DNA of 64,000 nt from an uncultured Pelagibacteraceae bacterium (lineage in GTDB: Bacteria; Pseudomonadota; Alphaproteobacteria; Pelagibacterales; Pelagibacteraceae), in contig CAJXBA010000003.1 in assembly GCA_913050185.1 (NCBI GenBank), positions 1,081-65,080 of the forward strand, given 5' to 3'. Of this stretch, positions 17,696 to 28,634 are shown one piece after another. Under the pieces are notes generated by a model that did not search any database, was not told where the DNA came from, and worked only from the letters and a program-made list of their open reading frames with translations. The position numbers and the translations under genes were made by a program. How positions within the stretch are numbered: the stretch's first letter is position 1; each line of letters starts with the position of its first letter.

Positions 17696-18964
17696 TTAAA
17701 CCTTAGCCATTTTTGCAGAATTTCCAAGTTCCTCTTCAATTCTTAATAAACGGTTATATTTTGCCACTCTTTCTGATCTCACTAAAGACCCTGATTTAAT
17801 TTGTGAAGAGTTTGTAGCAACAGCCAAATCAGCAATAAATGTATCTTCAGAATCTCCGGATCTATGTGAAATAATAGTTTTGAATCCACCTTTATGAGCC
17901 AAATCAATAACTTCCATTGTTTCGGTTAGAGTACCTATTTGATTTGGTTTGATTAGTATAGCGTTAGCCATTTTCTCTTTAATACCTTTATTAAGTCGTT
18001 CTTTATTAGTAACAAATAAATCATCCCCAACAATTTGGGTCTTTTTATTATTTTTCTTTAAAAACTTCATGAATTCGCCCCATGCCACCCAATCGTCCTC
18101 TGCAAAAGGATCCTCTATAGATTTAATTGGATAACTATCAATCAGTTTTGAATAGTAATTTATTGTATTTTTCATTTTTTCAAATTTTGAAGACTGGACT
18201 GAATACTTGCCGTCTTTATACAATTCATTTGAAGCAACATCTAAACAAATTGAAACGTCTTCACCAGGTTTAAAACCAGAATTTTCAATAGATTCTAAGA
18301 TAAGTTCAATTGCTTCTTCGTTTTTATTTAGTTCTGGAGCAAAACCTCCTTCATCTCCTACCGTTGTTGAAATATTTTTATTATTTATGAGAATTTTCAA
18401 ATTTTGTATTACTAAAAAACATATTCTTACAGCTTCTGAAAATGTTTCTGGTTTTTCTGGACGTATAATAAACTCTTGTATCCTAAGTGAATTGTTAGCA
18501 TGCGCTCCTCCATTAATTATATTCATTAGAGGTATTGGTAATTGATTAGCGACAGTTCCTCCTAAATATTTAAATAATGAAATATTTTTACAAATAGCGG
18601 CTAATTTACTTACCGCTAATGACACTGCTAAAATTGAATTTGCTCCTAACTTATTTTTTTGTCTTGTTCCATCTAAATCAATTAAGGTTTTATCTATTTT
18701 TCTTTGATCAAAAATATCAAAATCATTTAAACTTTTAGATATTGATCTATTTATATTTTCAACAGCGGCTAAGACACTTTTGCCTAAATAATTTTTATTA
18801 TCTTGATCTCTTAATTCAAATGCTTCATGAGTCCCTGTAGATGCTCCGGATGGAACTATTGCAGAAGCTCTATTGCCATCTTCTAAAAAAACTTCCGCCT
18901 CTACTGTAGGATTTCCTCTACTATCAAAAACCTGTCGACCCTTGATTTTATTAATTTTTGACAT
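17696..18964 (-). CDS. eno: Enolase
   Basis: 422 aa. [31 protein letters not shown] and [16 protein letters not shown]. Confidence 0.97.
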   Translation of the reverse strand: MSKINKIKGRQVFDSRGNPTVEAEVFLEDGNRASAIVPSGASTGTHEAFELRDQDNKNYLGKSVLAAVENINRSISKSLNDFDIFDQRKIDKTLIDLDGTRQKNKLGANSILAVSLAVSKLAAICKNISLFKYLGGTVANQLPIPLMNIINGGAHANNSLRIQEFIIRPEKPETFSEAVRICFLVIQNLKILINNKNISTTVGDEGGFAPELNKNEEAIELILESIENSGFKPGEDVSICLDVASNELYKDGKYSVQSSKFEKMKNTINYYSKLIDSYPIKSIEDPFAEDDWVAWGEFMKFLKKNNKKTQIVGDDLFVTNKERLNKGIKEKMANAILIKPNQIGTLTETMEVIDLAHKGGFKTIISHRSGDSEDTFIADLAVATNSSQIKSGSLVRSERVAKYNRLLRIEEELGNSAKMAKV

Positions 18965-19784
18965 TCTTTATTAATTTATCAATTTCAACCAACTGTTTTA
19001 ATAAATTTGGCATTTTTGATAATGGAACCATATTCGGTCCATCTGATGGTGCGTTATCTGGGTCCGGATGTGTTTCTATAAATACAGCAGCGACCCCTAC
19101 TGCTATAGCTGCACGAGCGAGATGTTCTACAAACTCTCTTTGTCCTCCGCTTTTATCACCCATTCCACCGGGCTGTTGTACAGAATGCGTTACATCAAAA
19201 ACTACTGGATAACCATTTTTTGCCATTATAGGCAGTGATCTCATATCAGAAATTAAAGTGTTGTAGCCAAAGCTAGCACCTCTTTCAGTAACTAAAATAT
19301 TTTTATTACCAGAATCTTCTATTTTTTTTGTAACGTTTACCATATCCCATGGTGCTAAAAATTGACCTTTTTTTACATTAATAATTTTTCCTGTTTTAGC
19401 CGCAGCGATTAATAAATCAGTTTGTCTACATAAAAAGGCCGGTATCTGCAAAACATCCACATGTTTTGAAACAATTTCGCATTGTTCTATTGTATGAACA
19501 TCCGTTAAAACTGGTATACCTACTTCTTTTCTAATTTTATCAAAAACTGGAAGAGATTTATCAAGGCCAGCTCCTCTCTTTCCCTTTAAGCTAGTTCGGT
19601 TAGCTTTATCAAAAGACGTTTTGTAGATTAATCCTATCTCAAGCTTCTGGGTTATTTCCTTTAATTTAGCAGCAACATCAACGGCATGTTTTTCATTTTC
19701 TAATTGGCAAGGCCCTGCTATTAAGGTGAAAGGACTAGTATTTGAGATGCTTAATTTTCCACATTTGACCAATTTACTATCCAT
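18951..19784 (-). CDS. kdsA: 3-deoxy-8-phosphooctulonate (KDO8P) synthase
   Basis: 277 aa. [19 protein letters not shown]-like segment, [25 protein letters not shown]. Confidence 0.95.
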   Translation of the reverse strand: MDSKLVKCGKLSISNTSPFTLIAGPCQLENEKHAVDVAAKLKEITQKLEIGLIYKTSFDKANRTSLKGKRGAGLDKSLPVFDKIRKEVGIPVLTDVHTIEQCEIVSKHVDVLQIPAFLCRQTDLLIAAAKTGKIINVKKGQFLAPWDMVNVTKKIEDSGNKNILVTERGASFGYNTLISDMRSLPIMAKNGYPVVFDVTHSVQQPGGMGDKSGGQREFVEHLARAAIAVGVAAVFIETHPDPDNAPSDGPNMVPLSKMPNLLKQLVEIDKLIKNVKN

Positions 19785-21409
19785 TAGTTACTTCCTTTAT
19801 TTATTTCAGCGGCTTTAACAAAAGATGAAAATAAAGGATGTGGCGAAAAAGGCCTCGATCTAAATTCTGGGTGGAATTGAACTCCAATAAACCAAGGGTG
19901 GTTTTTTAATTCAATTATTTCAGGAAGAGTTCCGTCTGGGGACAAAGCAGAAAAAATTAATCCTTTCTTTTCGAAATCATCTTTATATTTTATATTTACC
20001 TCGTATCTATGTCTGTGCCTTTCTTTAATTTTTTTAGTAGAATATATTTTGGATATTAAAGAATTATTTTTTAATATTGCATCGTATAAACCCAATCTCA
20101 TAGTTCCTCCTAAATTTTTCTCGCTTCCTTTTATTATTTTTTTTCCTTTTTGCCATTCCTCTAGTAAACCCACAACAGCGGTACAATTATTTCCAAATTC
20201 ACTAGTTGAAGCATTTTTAATATTTAATAAATTCCTTGCAGCTTCAATTATGGCCATTTGCATACCGAAGCAAATGCCAAAGAAAGGTATATTATTCAAT
20301 CTTGCATATTTTATGGCAGCAATTTTGCCCTCGCTACCCCTTTTTCCAAAACCACCAGGAATAAGCACACCTGACACTTTTTTTAACATTGGTTTTATAT
20401 TTTCAATTTTTAAATTTTCTGAATCTATTCGAGTAAGATTAACTTTAAGATTATTTGATATTCCTCCATGTACTAACGCTTCATCCAGGGACTTGTATGC
20501 ATCTTTGAGATTAACATACTTGCCTATAATACCTATGTTTACGTCTTTTCTTGAACCCAACACCTTAGAAGTGATATTTTTCCATTTTGCAAGATTTGGT
20601 GGCTTTTTATTTTTCTCATTAAAGTATGACAAAACTCTTTGGTCAAATTTTTCTTTATGAAAACTAATAGGCGCTTCATATATTGTTCTTACATCTACGG
20701 TTTCAATAACATTATCTATAGATACATTGCAAAATAAAGATATTTTTCTTCTTTCTACTATTGGAATTTGTTTTTCTGATCTACAAATAATTATATCCGG
20801 TTGAATGCCCAAACTTCTTAACTCTTTAACAGAATGTTGAGTGGGTTTCGTTTTAAGTTCACCTGAAGCTTTCAAATAAGGAACTAAAGTCAGATGGATA
20901 AATAAGCTATTTTTTTTTCCTATGTCATTAGAAAACTGTCTAATAGCTTCAAGGAAAGGCAAACTTTCTATATCACCGACTGTGCCACCAATTTCACAAA
21001 TTACAAAATCCTCATTCTTGATATTATATGATATAAATTTTTTTATTCGGTCTGTTACATGCGGAACAACTTGGACGGTTCCTCCCAAATAATCTCCTTT
21101 TCTTTCTTTTTTAATTATATCGTTGTAAACACCTCCGGTTGTAATATTGTCAGATTGTGTGGCTGAAATTCCCGTAAATCTTTCGTAGTGGCCAATATCT
21201 AAATCAGTTTCAGCACCATCATCAGTGACAAAAACTTCTCCGTGTTGAAACGGATTCATCGTTCCTGGATCTACATTTAAATAAGGATCTAATTTCCTAA
21301 CTCTGACTTTGTAACCTCTTAACTGTAACAACGCGGCTAACGAAGCTGATGATAATCCTTTACCAAGTGATGAAACCACGCCGCCAGTGACAAATACATA
21401 TCGCGCCAT
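19784..21409 (-). CDS. pyrG: CTP synthase
   Basis: The conserved N-terminus [18 protein letters not shown] starts at ATG 21409. The glutamine amidotransferase motif GICFGMQ is present. The 32-codon upstream extension in the ORF track overlaps secG and is not conserved-looking. Confidence 0.96.
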   Translation of the reverse strand: MARYVFVTGGVVSSLGKGLSSASLAALLQLRGYKVRVRKLDPYLNVDPGTMNPFQHGEVFVTDDGAETDLDIGHYERFTGISATQSDNITTGGVYNDIIKKERKGDYLGGTVQVVPHVTDRIKKFISYNIKNEDFVICEIGGTVGDIESLPFLEAIRQFSNDIGKKNSLFIHLTLVPYLKASGELKTKPTQHSVKELRSLGIQPDIIICRSEKQIPIVERRKISLFCNVSIDNVIETVDVRTIYEAPISFHKEKFDQRVLSYFNEKNKKPPNLAKWKNITSKVLGSRKDVNIGIIGKYVNLKDAYKSLDEALVHGGISNNLKVNLTRIDSENLKIENIKPMLKKVSGVLIPGGFGKRGSEGKIAAIKYARLNNIPFFGICFGMQMAIIEAARNLLNIKNASTSEFGNNCTAVVGLLEEWQKGKKIIKGSEKNLGGTMRLGLYDAILKNNSLISKIYSTKKIKERHRHRYEVNIKYKDDFEKKGLIFSALSPDGTLPEIIELKNHPWFIGVQFHPEFRSRPFSPHPLFSSFVKAAEINKGSN

Positions 21410-21455
21410 GGAGGTATAGTATAAAGGATTTAAAAAAAAAATTAAAGATAAATTA

Positions 21456-21755
21456 TTAGTCTGTTTTTGGAATTTGAGGTTCAGAAGAATCTTCTTTTTC
21501 CTCAACTTTATCCAAAACAGATGTGGTGGATATACCTTTATTAGATATAATTGTTAGCGAAATACTAGTTATAACAAATAAAGTTGCTATTACTGCCGTT
21601 GCTTTAGTTAAAAAGCTCCCGGCTGATCGTGATGATACAAAACTCTCTTGAGACGCACCTAGGCCCAAAGCACCTCCTTCGGACTTTTGTAAAAGAATTA
21701 TCAAAACTAACAAAATGGCCAAGAAAATATTTAGTACTAAAATAAAATTTTCCAT
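21456..21755 (-). CDS. secG: Preprotein translocase subunit SecG
   Basis: 99 aa. N-terminal TM helix followed by [11 protein letters not shown], then a second TM helix. The tpiA-secG-pyrG order is conserved. Confidence 0.85.
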   Translation of the reverse strand: MENFILVLNIFLAILLVLIILLQKSEGGALGLGASQESFVSSRSAGSFLTKATAVIATLFVITSISLTIISNKGISTTSVLDKVEEKEDSSEPQIPKTD

Positions 21756-21760
21756 GTCTG

Positions 21761-22522
21761 TTATTTATAGTAATTTTTTATTATATCAATAAATTTTTTT
21801 GACGATCGAGAAGCTCCGCCTATTAAAAACCCATCTATCTCTAAAATTGATGTAAATTTTGTGATATTTTTATCATTGACAGAACCTCCGTACAAAACAG
21901 GAGGTGAAGTTTTTGTTTTTAAATTTTTTTTAAATTCATTTTTTATAAATCTGAAAATATTTCTTAGTGAATCAATTTTTGGAATCTTGCCAGTTCCTAT
22001 TGACCAAACAGGTTCATAAGCAATGATAATATTATTTAAATTAATTTTTTTGTCCATCGAACTTTTTAATTGATTTTTTAGTACTGAAAAAGTTTTTTTT
22101 CTAATTTTTTCAGAATAAGTTTCGCCAATACAAAAAATAACATACAATTGTTGATTTAATGCAGATTTAATTTTTTTTTTTATTAACTGGTTTGTGTCAC
22201 CTTCGTGTCTACTTTCGGAATGACCTAAAATTATATACTTGGCACCAACATTTTTTAGCATCTTAGCGTTAACAGAACCGGTGAAGGATCCTTTTGTTTG
22301 ATGATGGTGGCAATTTTGGGCTCCGATTGAAATAATTTTCGATCTAAATTTTTTTGTAAAAAAATAAATTAATGTGTTTGGCACGCATAATATAATTTTA
22401 TTTTTTTTACGTGCTTTATTAAATTTTACACAAAATCGATGTATACGATAAATGTTTTTTAAGGAGCTGAAACTACCAAACATTTTCCAGTTACCAACAA
22501 AATATTTTAATTTATTTGTCAT
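21761..22522 (-). CDS. tpiA: Triosephosphate isomerase
   Basis: 253 aa. GNWKM, ILGHSESR, YEPVWSIGTG and GGSV motifs. Confidence 0.92.
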   Translation of the reverse strand: MTNKLKYFVGNWKMFGSFSSLKNIYRIHRFCVKFNKARKKNKIILCVPNTLIYFFTKKFRSKIISIGAQNCHHHQTKGSFTGSVNAKMLKNVGAKYIILGHSESRHEGDTNQLIKKKIKSALNQQLYVIFCIGETYSEKIRKKTFSVLKNQLKSSMDKKINLNNIIIAYEPVWSIGTGKIPKIDSLRNIFRFIKNEFKKNLKTKTSPPVLYGGSVNDKNITKFTSILEIDGFLIGGASRSSKKFIDIIKNYYK

Positions 22523-22587
22523 GACTTAAAGTTTAATCTATAGAGTATCTAACTATATAACAATAAAATACAATAGTTATAACTAAT

Positions 22588-24033
22588 ATGTTGAGTTCAA
22601 TTAGAAAATTTTCGTCTTCTATTTACGCAAAAGTATTTTTATTTGTTGTTGCCGTTCCATTTATATTTTGGGGAATGGGACCTTTGTTTACTGGTGGAAA
22701 TTTAAACACAATTGTAAAAATTGACGATGAAAAAATTTCTACACAAGAATTCACAAATTTTCTAAAAAATAATATGACCAACGAAAAACCATTAGAAGAT
22801 GACTTAATTGACAGATTGTTGTCAAGTTTTATTGGTGAAAAGTTATTAATCGAAGAAATGAATAATTTTGATATTCATGTATCAGAAAACTCTTTAGGCT
22901 CAATTATCAGAAATGAAAAAATTTTTAAAAAAAACAATCAATTTTCAAGAACTGAATATGAAAAATTTTTAATTAAGAATAGATTGTATGCTGTTATTTT
23001 TGAAGCAAATATTTTGCAACAGGAAAAAAAAAAGCAATTATTTGATTTTATAGGAGGGGGAATTGCTCCTTCTAAATCAATGGTTAATATAATCTACGAC
23101 AAAATAAATCAAAAAAGAAATATTCAAGCAATTAATCTAAATGACATTATAAATAAAAAATTGAAATTTAGTAAAGATGAAATTAAATCGTTCTTCGATC
23201 AAAATAGAGACAAATTCAAAGACGTTTATAAATCAATAAAATTTATAGAATTAAATTCAAAGAACCTAACTGGAAATAATGAAATTAGTGATCTATTTTT
23301 TCAAAAAATTGATGAAATTGATGACTTGATAGTAGGAGGAAAAAATCTGGATAGCATACTGAATAAATATGATTTAGGAACTGCCACAGTAACAACTTTC
23401 AAAGAATTAGATATGGAAAATAACTCAAAAGAAATTAATAAATTTCCGCTTAGGTTAATTAAAAATGTGTTCGCAATTAATGAAACAGAACCTACAATCC
23501 TAATAGCAGATAAAGATAAATATTTCGTAGTAGAGGTTTTTAAAACTGAAAACATTCAAAGAAACATTAATGATAAAGCGGTTAGGAAAGATATACTGGA
23601 AAATCTTGAGATACAAACTAGAGCAAAATTTATTTCAAAAATAATAGAGAAAATAAATGAAAATAATTTTAAAAAATCAGACTTTGATAGATTATCCTCC
23701 GAAGAAAATGTTACAATTAAAAAAATTAGACTCGAGAATCAAAATGATAATAAAATATTAAAAAAAGAACTGATCAGTCAGATTTATGCTTTTCCTGAAA
23801 AAAAAATAATTGTAATTGCGGATATTGGCCTAAGAGAAAGCTTCTTAATTTACATTGATAAAATTGAAAGTGTTCGAGTTGATCAAGGTTCAGAGGACTA
23901 CAAAAAATATTTCAATTTATCTAAAATTCAAATTGCGAGTAGTTTATATAATACCTATGATTCTTATCTCAAATACAAATACAAAATTAATATAAATCAA
24001 AAGGCTTTGGATAGTATAAAAAATAACTTCTAA
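22588..24033 (+). CDS. PpiD-like periplasmic chaperone (N-terminal TM anchor plus SurA-N-like domain); no recognisable parvulin domain
   Basis: 481 aa with a single N-terminal TM helix (KVFLFVVAVPFIFWGM). Composition and position, divergent from tpiA and upstream of trpE, match alphaproteobacterial ppiD-like genes. The assignment rests mainly on architecture and synteny. Confidence 0.55.
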   Translation: MLSSIRKFSSSIYAKVFLFVVAVPFIFWGMGPLFTGGNLNTIVKIDDEKISTQEFTNFLKNNMTNEKPLEDDLIDRLLSSFIGEKLLIEEMNNFDIHVSENSLGSIIRNEKIFKKNNQFSRTEYEKFLIKNRLYAVIFEANILQQEKKKQLFDFIGGGIAPSKSMVNIIYDKINQKRNIQAINLNDIINKKLKFSKDEIKSFFDQNRDKFKDVYKSIKFIELNSKNLTGNNEISDLFFQKIDEIDDLIVGGKNLDSILNKYDLGTATVTTFKELDMENNSKEINKFPLRLIKNVFAINETEPTILIADKDKYFVVEVFKTENIQRNINDKAVRKDILENLEIQTRAKFISKIIEKINENNFKKSDFDRLSSEENVTIKKIRLENQNDNKILKKELISQIYAFPEKKIIVIADIGLRESFLIYIDKIESVRVDQGSEDYKKYFNLSKIQIASSLYNTYDSYLKYKYKININQKALDSIKNNF

Positions 24034-25496
24034 TGAAAATAAATATAAGTTTTGATAATTTTAAAAAAAAACATAAAAACAAAAAAAATCAAATAATATT
24101 TTATAAAACTGATTGTAAAAGCAATAATGTCATTGAAAATATAATTAGTAATTTTTTAACCAAAAAAAATAGTTTTATATTTGAATCAGTTGAAAAACGT
24201 AGAATAAAAGGACGTTATACAATAATTGGAGCAGATCCAGATAAAATTTGGGAATTTAATAAAAAAAAAATCTATTTCATTAAAAACAATAAAAAAAAAA
24301 TAATAAAAGCTGATCCATATTTGTTTATAAAAAAATTAATTGAAAATTTTAATTTTCCATTACCTGGGAATCTTCCTCCTCTTTGCTCTCTTTTGGTAGG
24401 ATATTTTTCTTATGATATTATTCGATATATTGAAAAAGTCCCTGATAATTGCCTTAATGACATAAAAATACCTGACATAAGATTAATAAGACCTAAAACC
24501 CTTATAATTCATGATAGTTTATTTAAAAAAATTTATTTTATTGTTAACTGCTTTGCTGATGAAAAGATCAGCAATTACTCAAAATACTATTCAAATCAAA
24601 TAAAAAATATTCAAAACTTAAAAAATATGTCTTTTCAACGTAAAGTTCGACAAAACATAAAAGCTCAATCCAATAAAAAAGTAAATATTAGATCAAACAT
24701 TTCTAAAGAAAGATTTAAGAAAATTGTTCGTAAAGCAAAAGGGTATATAAAAAAGGGAGATATTCTTCAGGTAGTGCTCAGTCAAAGATTTGAGGCCAAT
24801 CTTACAAAATCACCACTGGAAATATACAAAAAATTAAGAATTACCAATCCATCGCCTTTTATGTATTTTTTTAATTTTAATGACTTTCAAATCATAGGAA
24901 GTAGCCCTGAAATCTTAGTAAGATTAAGAAATAATAAAGTTACCATCCGACCAATTGCCGGAACTCGTCCCAGGGGTTCTAACGCTAAAAAAGATGCTAT
25001 TTATAAAAAGCAGCTATTAAATGATAAAAAAGAATTGTCAGAACATCTAATGCTTTTAGATTTAGGAAGGAATGATGTAGGTAAAGTTTCAAAAATTAAT
25101 ACAGTTAAAGTAACTGAAAAATTTAGGGTAGAAAAATACTCTCATGTCATGCATATAGTTTCTAACGTTGAGGGAAAATTTAATAAAAAACAAAGTGTAT
25201 TTGATACTCTCTTAGCTGGATTTCCAGCCGGCACAGTATCAGGAGCACCCAAGATTAGAGCTATGGAGATTATAGACGAGTTGGAAAGATCCAAAAGAAA
25301 AATGTACGCGGGTGCAATTGGTTATTTTTCTGCTAACCGAAATTTTGACACTTGTATAGCTTTGAGAACTGCGCTGATAAAAAATAATAAATTTTATATA
25401 CAATCTGGAGCTGGAATCGTTGCCGATAGTGTTCCAGAAAAAGAATATTTAGAAACAGTTAATAAAGCAAAGGCTTTGATTAATTCTTTGAATTGA
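24033..25496 (+). CDS. trpE: Anthranilate synthase component I
   Basis: 487 aa. LESVE-like FIFESVE, NPSPFMYF, GTRPRG, ELSEHLMLLDLGRND, GAPKIRAMEIIDELE and GAIGYF motifs. Confidence 0.93.
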   Translation: MKINISFDNFKKKHKNKKNQIIFYKTDCKSNNVIENIISNFLTKKNSFIFESVEKRRIKGRYTIIGADPDKIWEFNKKKIYFIKNNKKKIIKADPYLFIKKLIENFNFPLPGNLPPLCSLLVGYFSYDIIRYIEKVPDNCLNDIKIPDIRLIRPKTLIIHDSLFKKIYFIVNCFADEKISNYSKYYSNQIKNIQNLKNMSFQRKVRQNIKAQSNKKVNIRSNISKERFKKIVRKAKGYIKKGDILQVVLSQRFEANLTKSPLEIYKKLRITNPSPFMYFFNFNDFQIIGSSPEILVRLRNNKVTIRPIAGTRPRGSNAKKDAIYKKQLLNDKKELSEHLMLLDLGRNDVGKVSKINTVKVTEKFRVEKYSHVMHIVSNVEGKFNKKQSVFDTLLAGFPAGTVSGAPKIRAMEIIDELERSKRKMYAGAIGYFSANRNFDTCIALRTALIKNNKFYIQSGAGIVADSVPEKEYLETVNKAKALINSLN

Positions 25497-25499
25497 AAA

Positions 25500-26069
25500 A
25501 TGAAAATTCTATTAATAGATAACTATGATAGTTTCACTTACAATTTATATCATTATCTTTCTTTTCTTAAATGTAAAGTTGATATCTATAGAAACAATAA
25601 AATTGAAATCAACAAAATAAAAAGAAACAAATATAATAAAATAGTCATTTCACCAGGTCCTGGAAAACCTGATCAGGCTGGAAATTGCCTTAAAATAGTT
25701 AAATATTTCTATAAAACAATTCCTATATTAGGAGTCTGTTTAGGTCACCAAATTATAGGACAATCATTTAAATGTAAGATAGTGAAAGCAAAAAAATTAA
25801 TGCATGGAAAAACAAGTCTTATTAAACATAAGGGTCAGGGTATTTTTAAAGGAATAGAAAAAGTGATGTCAGCTACGAGATATCATAGTTTAATTATTGA
25901 TAAAAAAAATTTTAGTAGTGATTTGATTATTACTGCGGAAACAAAAGATAATGTAATTATGGGAATTATGCATAATAAATACAATATTCATGGAGTTCAA
26001 TTTCACCCCGAGAGTATTAAAACTCCAATGGGTTTAAAAATATTAAGAAATTTTATTAATTACAAATAG
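25500..26069 (+). CDS. trpG: Anthranilate synthase component II (glutamine amidotransferase; possibly also PabA)
   Basis: 189 aa. LIDNYDSFTYNL, GVCLGHQ and GVQFHPES triad motifs. Confidence 0.9.
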   Translation: MKILLIDNYDSFTYNLYHYLSFLKCKVDIYRNNKIEINKIKRNKYNKIVISPGPGKPDQAGNCLKIVKYFYKTIPILGVCLGHQIIGQSFKCKIVKAKKLMHGKTSLIKHKGQGIFKGIEKVMSATRYHSLIIDKKNFSSDLIITAETKDNVIMGIMHNKYNIHGVQFHPESIKTPMGLKILRNFINYK

Positions 26070-27064
26070 TGATGAAAATATTTTTAGAAAAATTATCTAA
26101 GAAACAAGATTTAACATTCGAAGAAAGTAAAGCCGCTTTCGAAATTTTAATGAATGGTAAAGCTTCAGATGATGAAATATTTAACTTTTTAACCCTACTA
26201 TCAGCTAAAGGTGAAGTATCTAACGAAATAGCTGGCGGAGTATATGTTCTAAGAAATAAATCTAAAAGGGTTAATGCTAATAATTGTGTCGACACATGTG
26301 GAACAGGTGGAGATGGTAAAAATACTTTAAACATATCTACAGCTTCAGCTTTGTTGTTGGCAAGCATGGGTGTTAAAATTGCTAAGCATGGTAACAAAGC
26401 TGTTTCATCTAAATGTGGATCCGGCGATGTTCTGGAAAAATTAAAAATAAAAATAAATTTAGAGCCTAAAGATGTAGAAAATCAAATCAATACATATAAT
26501 TTTGGTTTTATGTTTGCTCCCAATTATCACAGTGCAATGAAATATGTTGGCCCAACAAGAAAAAAAATGGGAAAAAGAACTATATTTAATATGATTGGAC
26601 CTTTAAGTAGCCCTGCGCTTGTTCAAAAACAGGTTGTGGGTGTGTTTGATAAAAAATTACTTAAAATATTTGGCAATAGTTTAAAAAATCTTAATATTAA
26701 ATTTGCTTGGATTGTAAATAGTGAAGATGGCTTAGACGAAATATCACCTTATGCTAAAACAAACGTTATACAAATAAAAGGTAATCAAATTTCTGAAATT
26801 ATAATTGATCCACAAGATTTAAAAATAAATGCAGATAAATTTGAGAATTTATTGGGTGATAATGCTGAATTTAATGCAAATAAAATAATTGATATCTTTA
26901 AAGGTGAGGACAATGATTTTTCAAAAGCTGTTTGCTTAAATGCTGCTGCCGGTCTTATTGTTTCAGAAAATCATACTAAATTCATAGATGCATATCAAAA
27001 TGCAAAAGAACATATATTAAGTGGAAAAACCTACGAACATTTACAAACTATTCAAAATGGTTAA
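26069..27064 (+). CDS. trpD: Anthranilate phosphoribosyltransferase
   Basis: 331 aa. DTCGTGGDGKNTLNIST, KHGNKAVSSKCGSGDVLE and NMIGPLSSP. Confidence 0.93.
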   Translation: MMKIFLEKLSKKQDLTFEESKAAFEILMNGKASDDEIFNFLTLLSAKGEVSNEIAGGVYVLRNKSKRVNANNCVDTCGTGGDGKNTLNISTASALLLASMGVKIAKHGNKAVSSKCGSGDVLEKLKIKINLEPKDVENQINTYNFGFMFAPNYHSAMKYVGPTRKKMGKRTIFNMIGPLSSPALVQKQVVGVFDKKLLKIFGNSLKNLNIKFAWIVNSEDGLDEISPYAKTNVIQIKGNQISEIIIDPQDLKINADKFENLLGDNAEFNANKIIDIFKGEDNDFSKAVCLNAAAGLIVSENHTKFIDAYQNAKEHILSGKTYEHLQTIQNG

Positions 27065-27848
27065 AAATAGTCTAAATAAAATAATTAATAAAAAAAAACA
27101 AAAATTAAATGAGTTAAAAAAAATAATTTCGATTGAATCTTTAAAAAAAAAAATTAAGGAAAATAGTACTTTTATTAATTTTAAAGAAAAAATTGAAAAT
27201 AATATTGTTAATAATAAAATTTCACTTATCGCTGAAATTAAAAAAGCAAGCCCTTCTGCTGGTATAATTGTTCAAGATTATAATCCTGTTGATATAGCAA
27301 AAAAATATTGTGAAAATAAAGCAACTTGCTTATCTGTTCTTACAGAAGAGGACTTTTTTCAAGGTGATTTAATTCATATACATAAAATTAAACAAAAAAT
27401 AAATTTGCCTATCTTATGTAAAGATTTTTTTATTGATCCATTTCAAGTTCGTCTTGCAAAAAGTTATGGAGCCGATGCAATTTTAATAATTCTTGCAGGT
27501 ATTACTTGGAAAATGGCTAATCAATTATATGAGGATGCTTTAGAATTAAATATGTCAGTAGTTGTTGAGGTTCACACTAAAGATGAAGCGAAAAATTCTC
27601 TAGAATTTGAAGATGCTTTAATTGGGATTAATAATAGAAATCTTAAAACTTTAAAAACTGACATAAATACAACTTTTGATATTCATGATATTTTGGTCGA
27701 TCACAAAGGACCTTTGATTTCTGAAAGTGGAATTAAAACAAAAGAAGAGCTTTTGGAAATTGCAAAAAAAACCAAGATTAAAACTTTTTTGGTTGGTGAA
27801 TCGCTTCTAAAGAACTTGGATAAAAACTCTATTTTCTCAGTTCTTTGA
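27057..27848 (+). CDS. trpC: Indole-3-glycerol phosphate synthase
   Basis: IAEIKKASPSAG, LSVLTEEDFFQG, CKDFFIDPFQ, NNRNLKT and ESGI motifs. ATG 27057 is preferred, giving an 8 nt overlap with trpD. The ORF track starts at 27021. Confidence 0.9.
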   Translation: MVKNSLNKIINKKKQKLNELKKIISIESLKKKIKENSTFINFKEKIENNIVNNKISLIAEIKKASPSAGIIVQDYNPVDIAKKYCENKATCLSVLTEEDFFQGDLIHIHKIKQKINLPILCKDFFIDPFQVRLAKSYGADAILIILAGITWKMANQLYEDALELNMSVVVEVHTKDEAKNSLEFEDALIGINNRNLKTLKTDINTTFDIHDILVDHKGPLISESGIKTKEELLEIAKKTKIKTFLVGESLLKNLDKNSIFSVL

Positions 27849-27897
27849 TTAAATAAACCCTTATTTTGTTAACTTTTAACCTATTGTGAAATCAAAA

Positions 27898-27912
27898 GAA
27901 CTTTTGTAGAAC
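27898..27912. promoter_or_regulatory. Alphaproteobacterial-type SOS (LexA) box, GAAC-N7-GAAC
   Basis: GAAC (27898-27901), TTTTGTA, GAAC (27909-27912), lying 26 nt upstream of the lexA ATG. It overlaps a plausible promoter: TTGTGA at 27884-27889, a 17 nt spacer, then TAGAAC at 27907-27912. A one-mismatch copy in the opposite orientation, GTAC-N7-GTTC, lies at 27920-27934. Confidence 0.65.
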
Positions 27913-27937
27913 ATTAAATGTACGATATTTGTTCTAT

Positions 27938-28615
27938 ATGCTAACAAAAAAACAAAAAAATCTGCTTTTATTTATAAATAAAAAAATAAGATCTGCTGGC
28001 ATTTCACCTTCTTATGAAGAAATGAAAAACTCGTTAAATTTAAAATCAAAATCAGGAATTCATAGATTGATATCAGCTTTAGAAGAAAGAGGTTTTATAA
28101 GAAGGCTTGCTCATAAAGCTAGAGCACTGGAAGTTTTGAAACTACCTGAAACCGCAAGTGCTCATGATATTTATAATTCTTTTTCCCCAAGCGTAATTAA
28201 GGGTGGACTGGATAATAATAAAAAAAATAGTATAAATGAAGTGCCTGTATTAGGTAAAATTGCAGCTGGTACACCAATTGAAGCAATACAAAACGAGGTT
28301 AGTAGAATAATTCTTCCAGAAACGATAGGTAAGAACGGAGAACATTTTGGTCTGAAAATTTCAGGAGACTCAATGGTTGAAGCTGGAATCAACGACGGTG
28401 ATACAGTAATTGTTAGAAAAACTAATAATGCTGACAATGGGCAAATAGTAGTTGCTTTAATAGACGATCATGAGGCAATGCTAAAAAGAATAAGAAAAAA
28501 AGGAAAAGTTGTAGCTCTTGAAAGTGCAAACAAAAGATATGAAACAAAAATTTTTGGACCTGATAGAGTAAAAATTCAAGGCGTATTGGTATCTTTGTAT
28601 AGAAATTTTCAATAA
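27938..28615 (+). CDS. lexA: LexA repressor
   Basis: [14 protein letters not shown]-terminus typical of alphaproteobacterial LexA. Winged HTH, Ala-Gly cleavage site ([10 protein letters not shown]), catalytic GDSM and the KR region. The ORF track starts at TTG 27929. Confidence 0.93.
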   Translation: MLTKKQKNLLLFINKKIRSAGISPSYEEMKNSLNLKSKSGIHRLISALEERGFIRRLAHKARALEVLKLPETASAHDIYNSFSPSVIKGGLDNNKKNSINEVPVLGKIAAGTPIEAIQNEVSRIILPETIGKNGEHFGLKISGDSMVEAGINDGDTVIVRKTNNADNGQIVVALIDDHEAMLKRIRKKGKVVALESANKRYETKIFGPDRVKIQGVLVSLYRNFQ

Positions 28616-28634
28616 AATAGTCTAGTAATTGTTC

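Noticed and set aside
20049-20660. 203 aa plus-strand ORF antisense to pyrG. Similar antisense ORFs lie at 10080-10616 in trkA, 2059-2445 in the ATPase gene, 59368-59751 and 60034-60327 in nuoG, 26056-26397 in trpD and 18207-18545 in eno.
   Set aside because: All lie wholly inside strongly supported conserved genes. Their translations are low-complexity and F/L/I/S/P-rich, as expected from reading Lys/Glu/Asn-rich genes backwards. They have no start-site context or recognisable motifs and are treated as shadow ORFs.
21410-21505. N-terminal extension of the pyrG ORF ([12 protein letters not shown]...) overlapping secG.
   Set aside because: The conserved CTP synthase N-terminus ([10 protein letters not shown]) begins at ATG 21409. 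The extension would overlap the 3' end of secG by 50 nt and has no conserved character.
22523-22587. Divergent tpiA/ppiD-like intergenic region, considered as a replication origin or other special locus because strand orientation switches here.
   Set aside because: It is only 65 nt, and no DnaA-box-like TTATCCACA motifs or repeated elements are visible. Orientation switches back at 30 kb. It is most simply a pair of divergent promoters.
24261-24300. Two A10 homopolymer runs in trpE (24261-24270 and 24291-24300), with many similar A/T runs elsewhere, considered as slipped-strand phase-variation sites.
   Set aside because: They encode in-frame Lys runs consistent with the genome-wide AT and Lys bias, and they occur in housekeeping genes. 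Nothing indicates frameshifted alleles in this sequence.
27868-27880. Hairpin GTTAA-CTT-TTAAC after trpC, considered as a terminator of the trp operon.
   Set aside because: The stem is only 5 bp and mostly A/T, with a 3 nt loop and no clear U tract. It is too weak to call.
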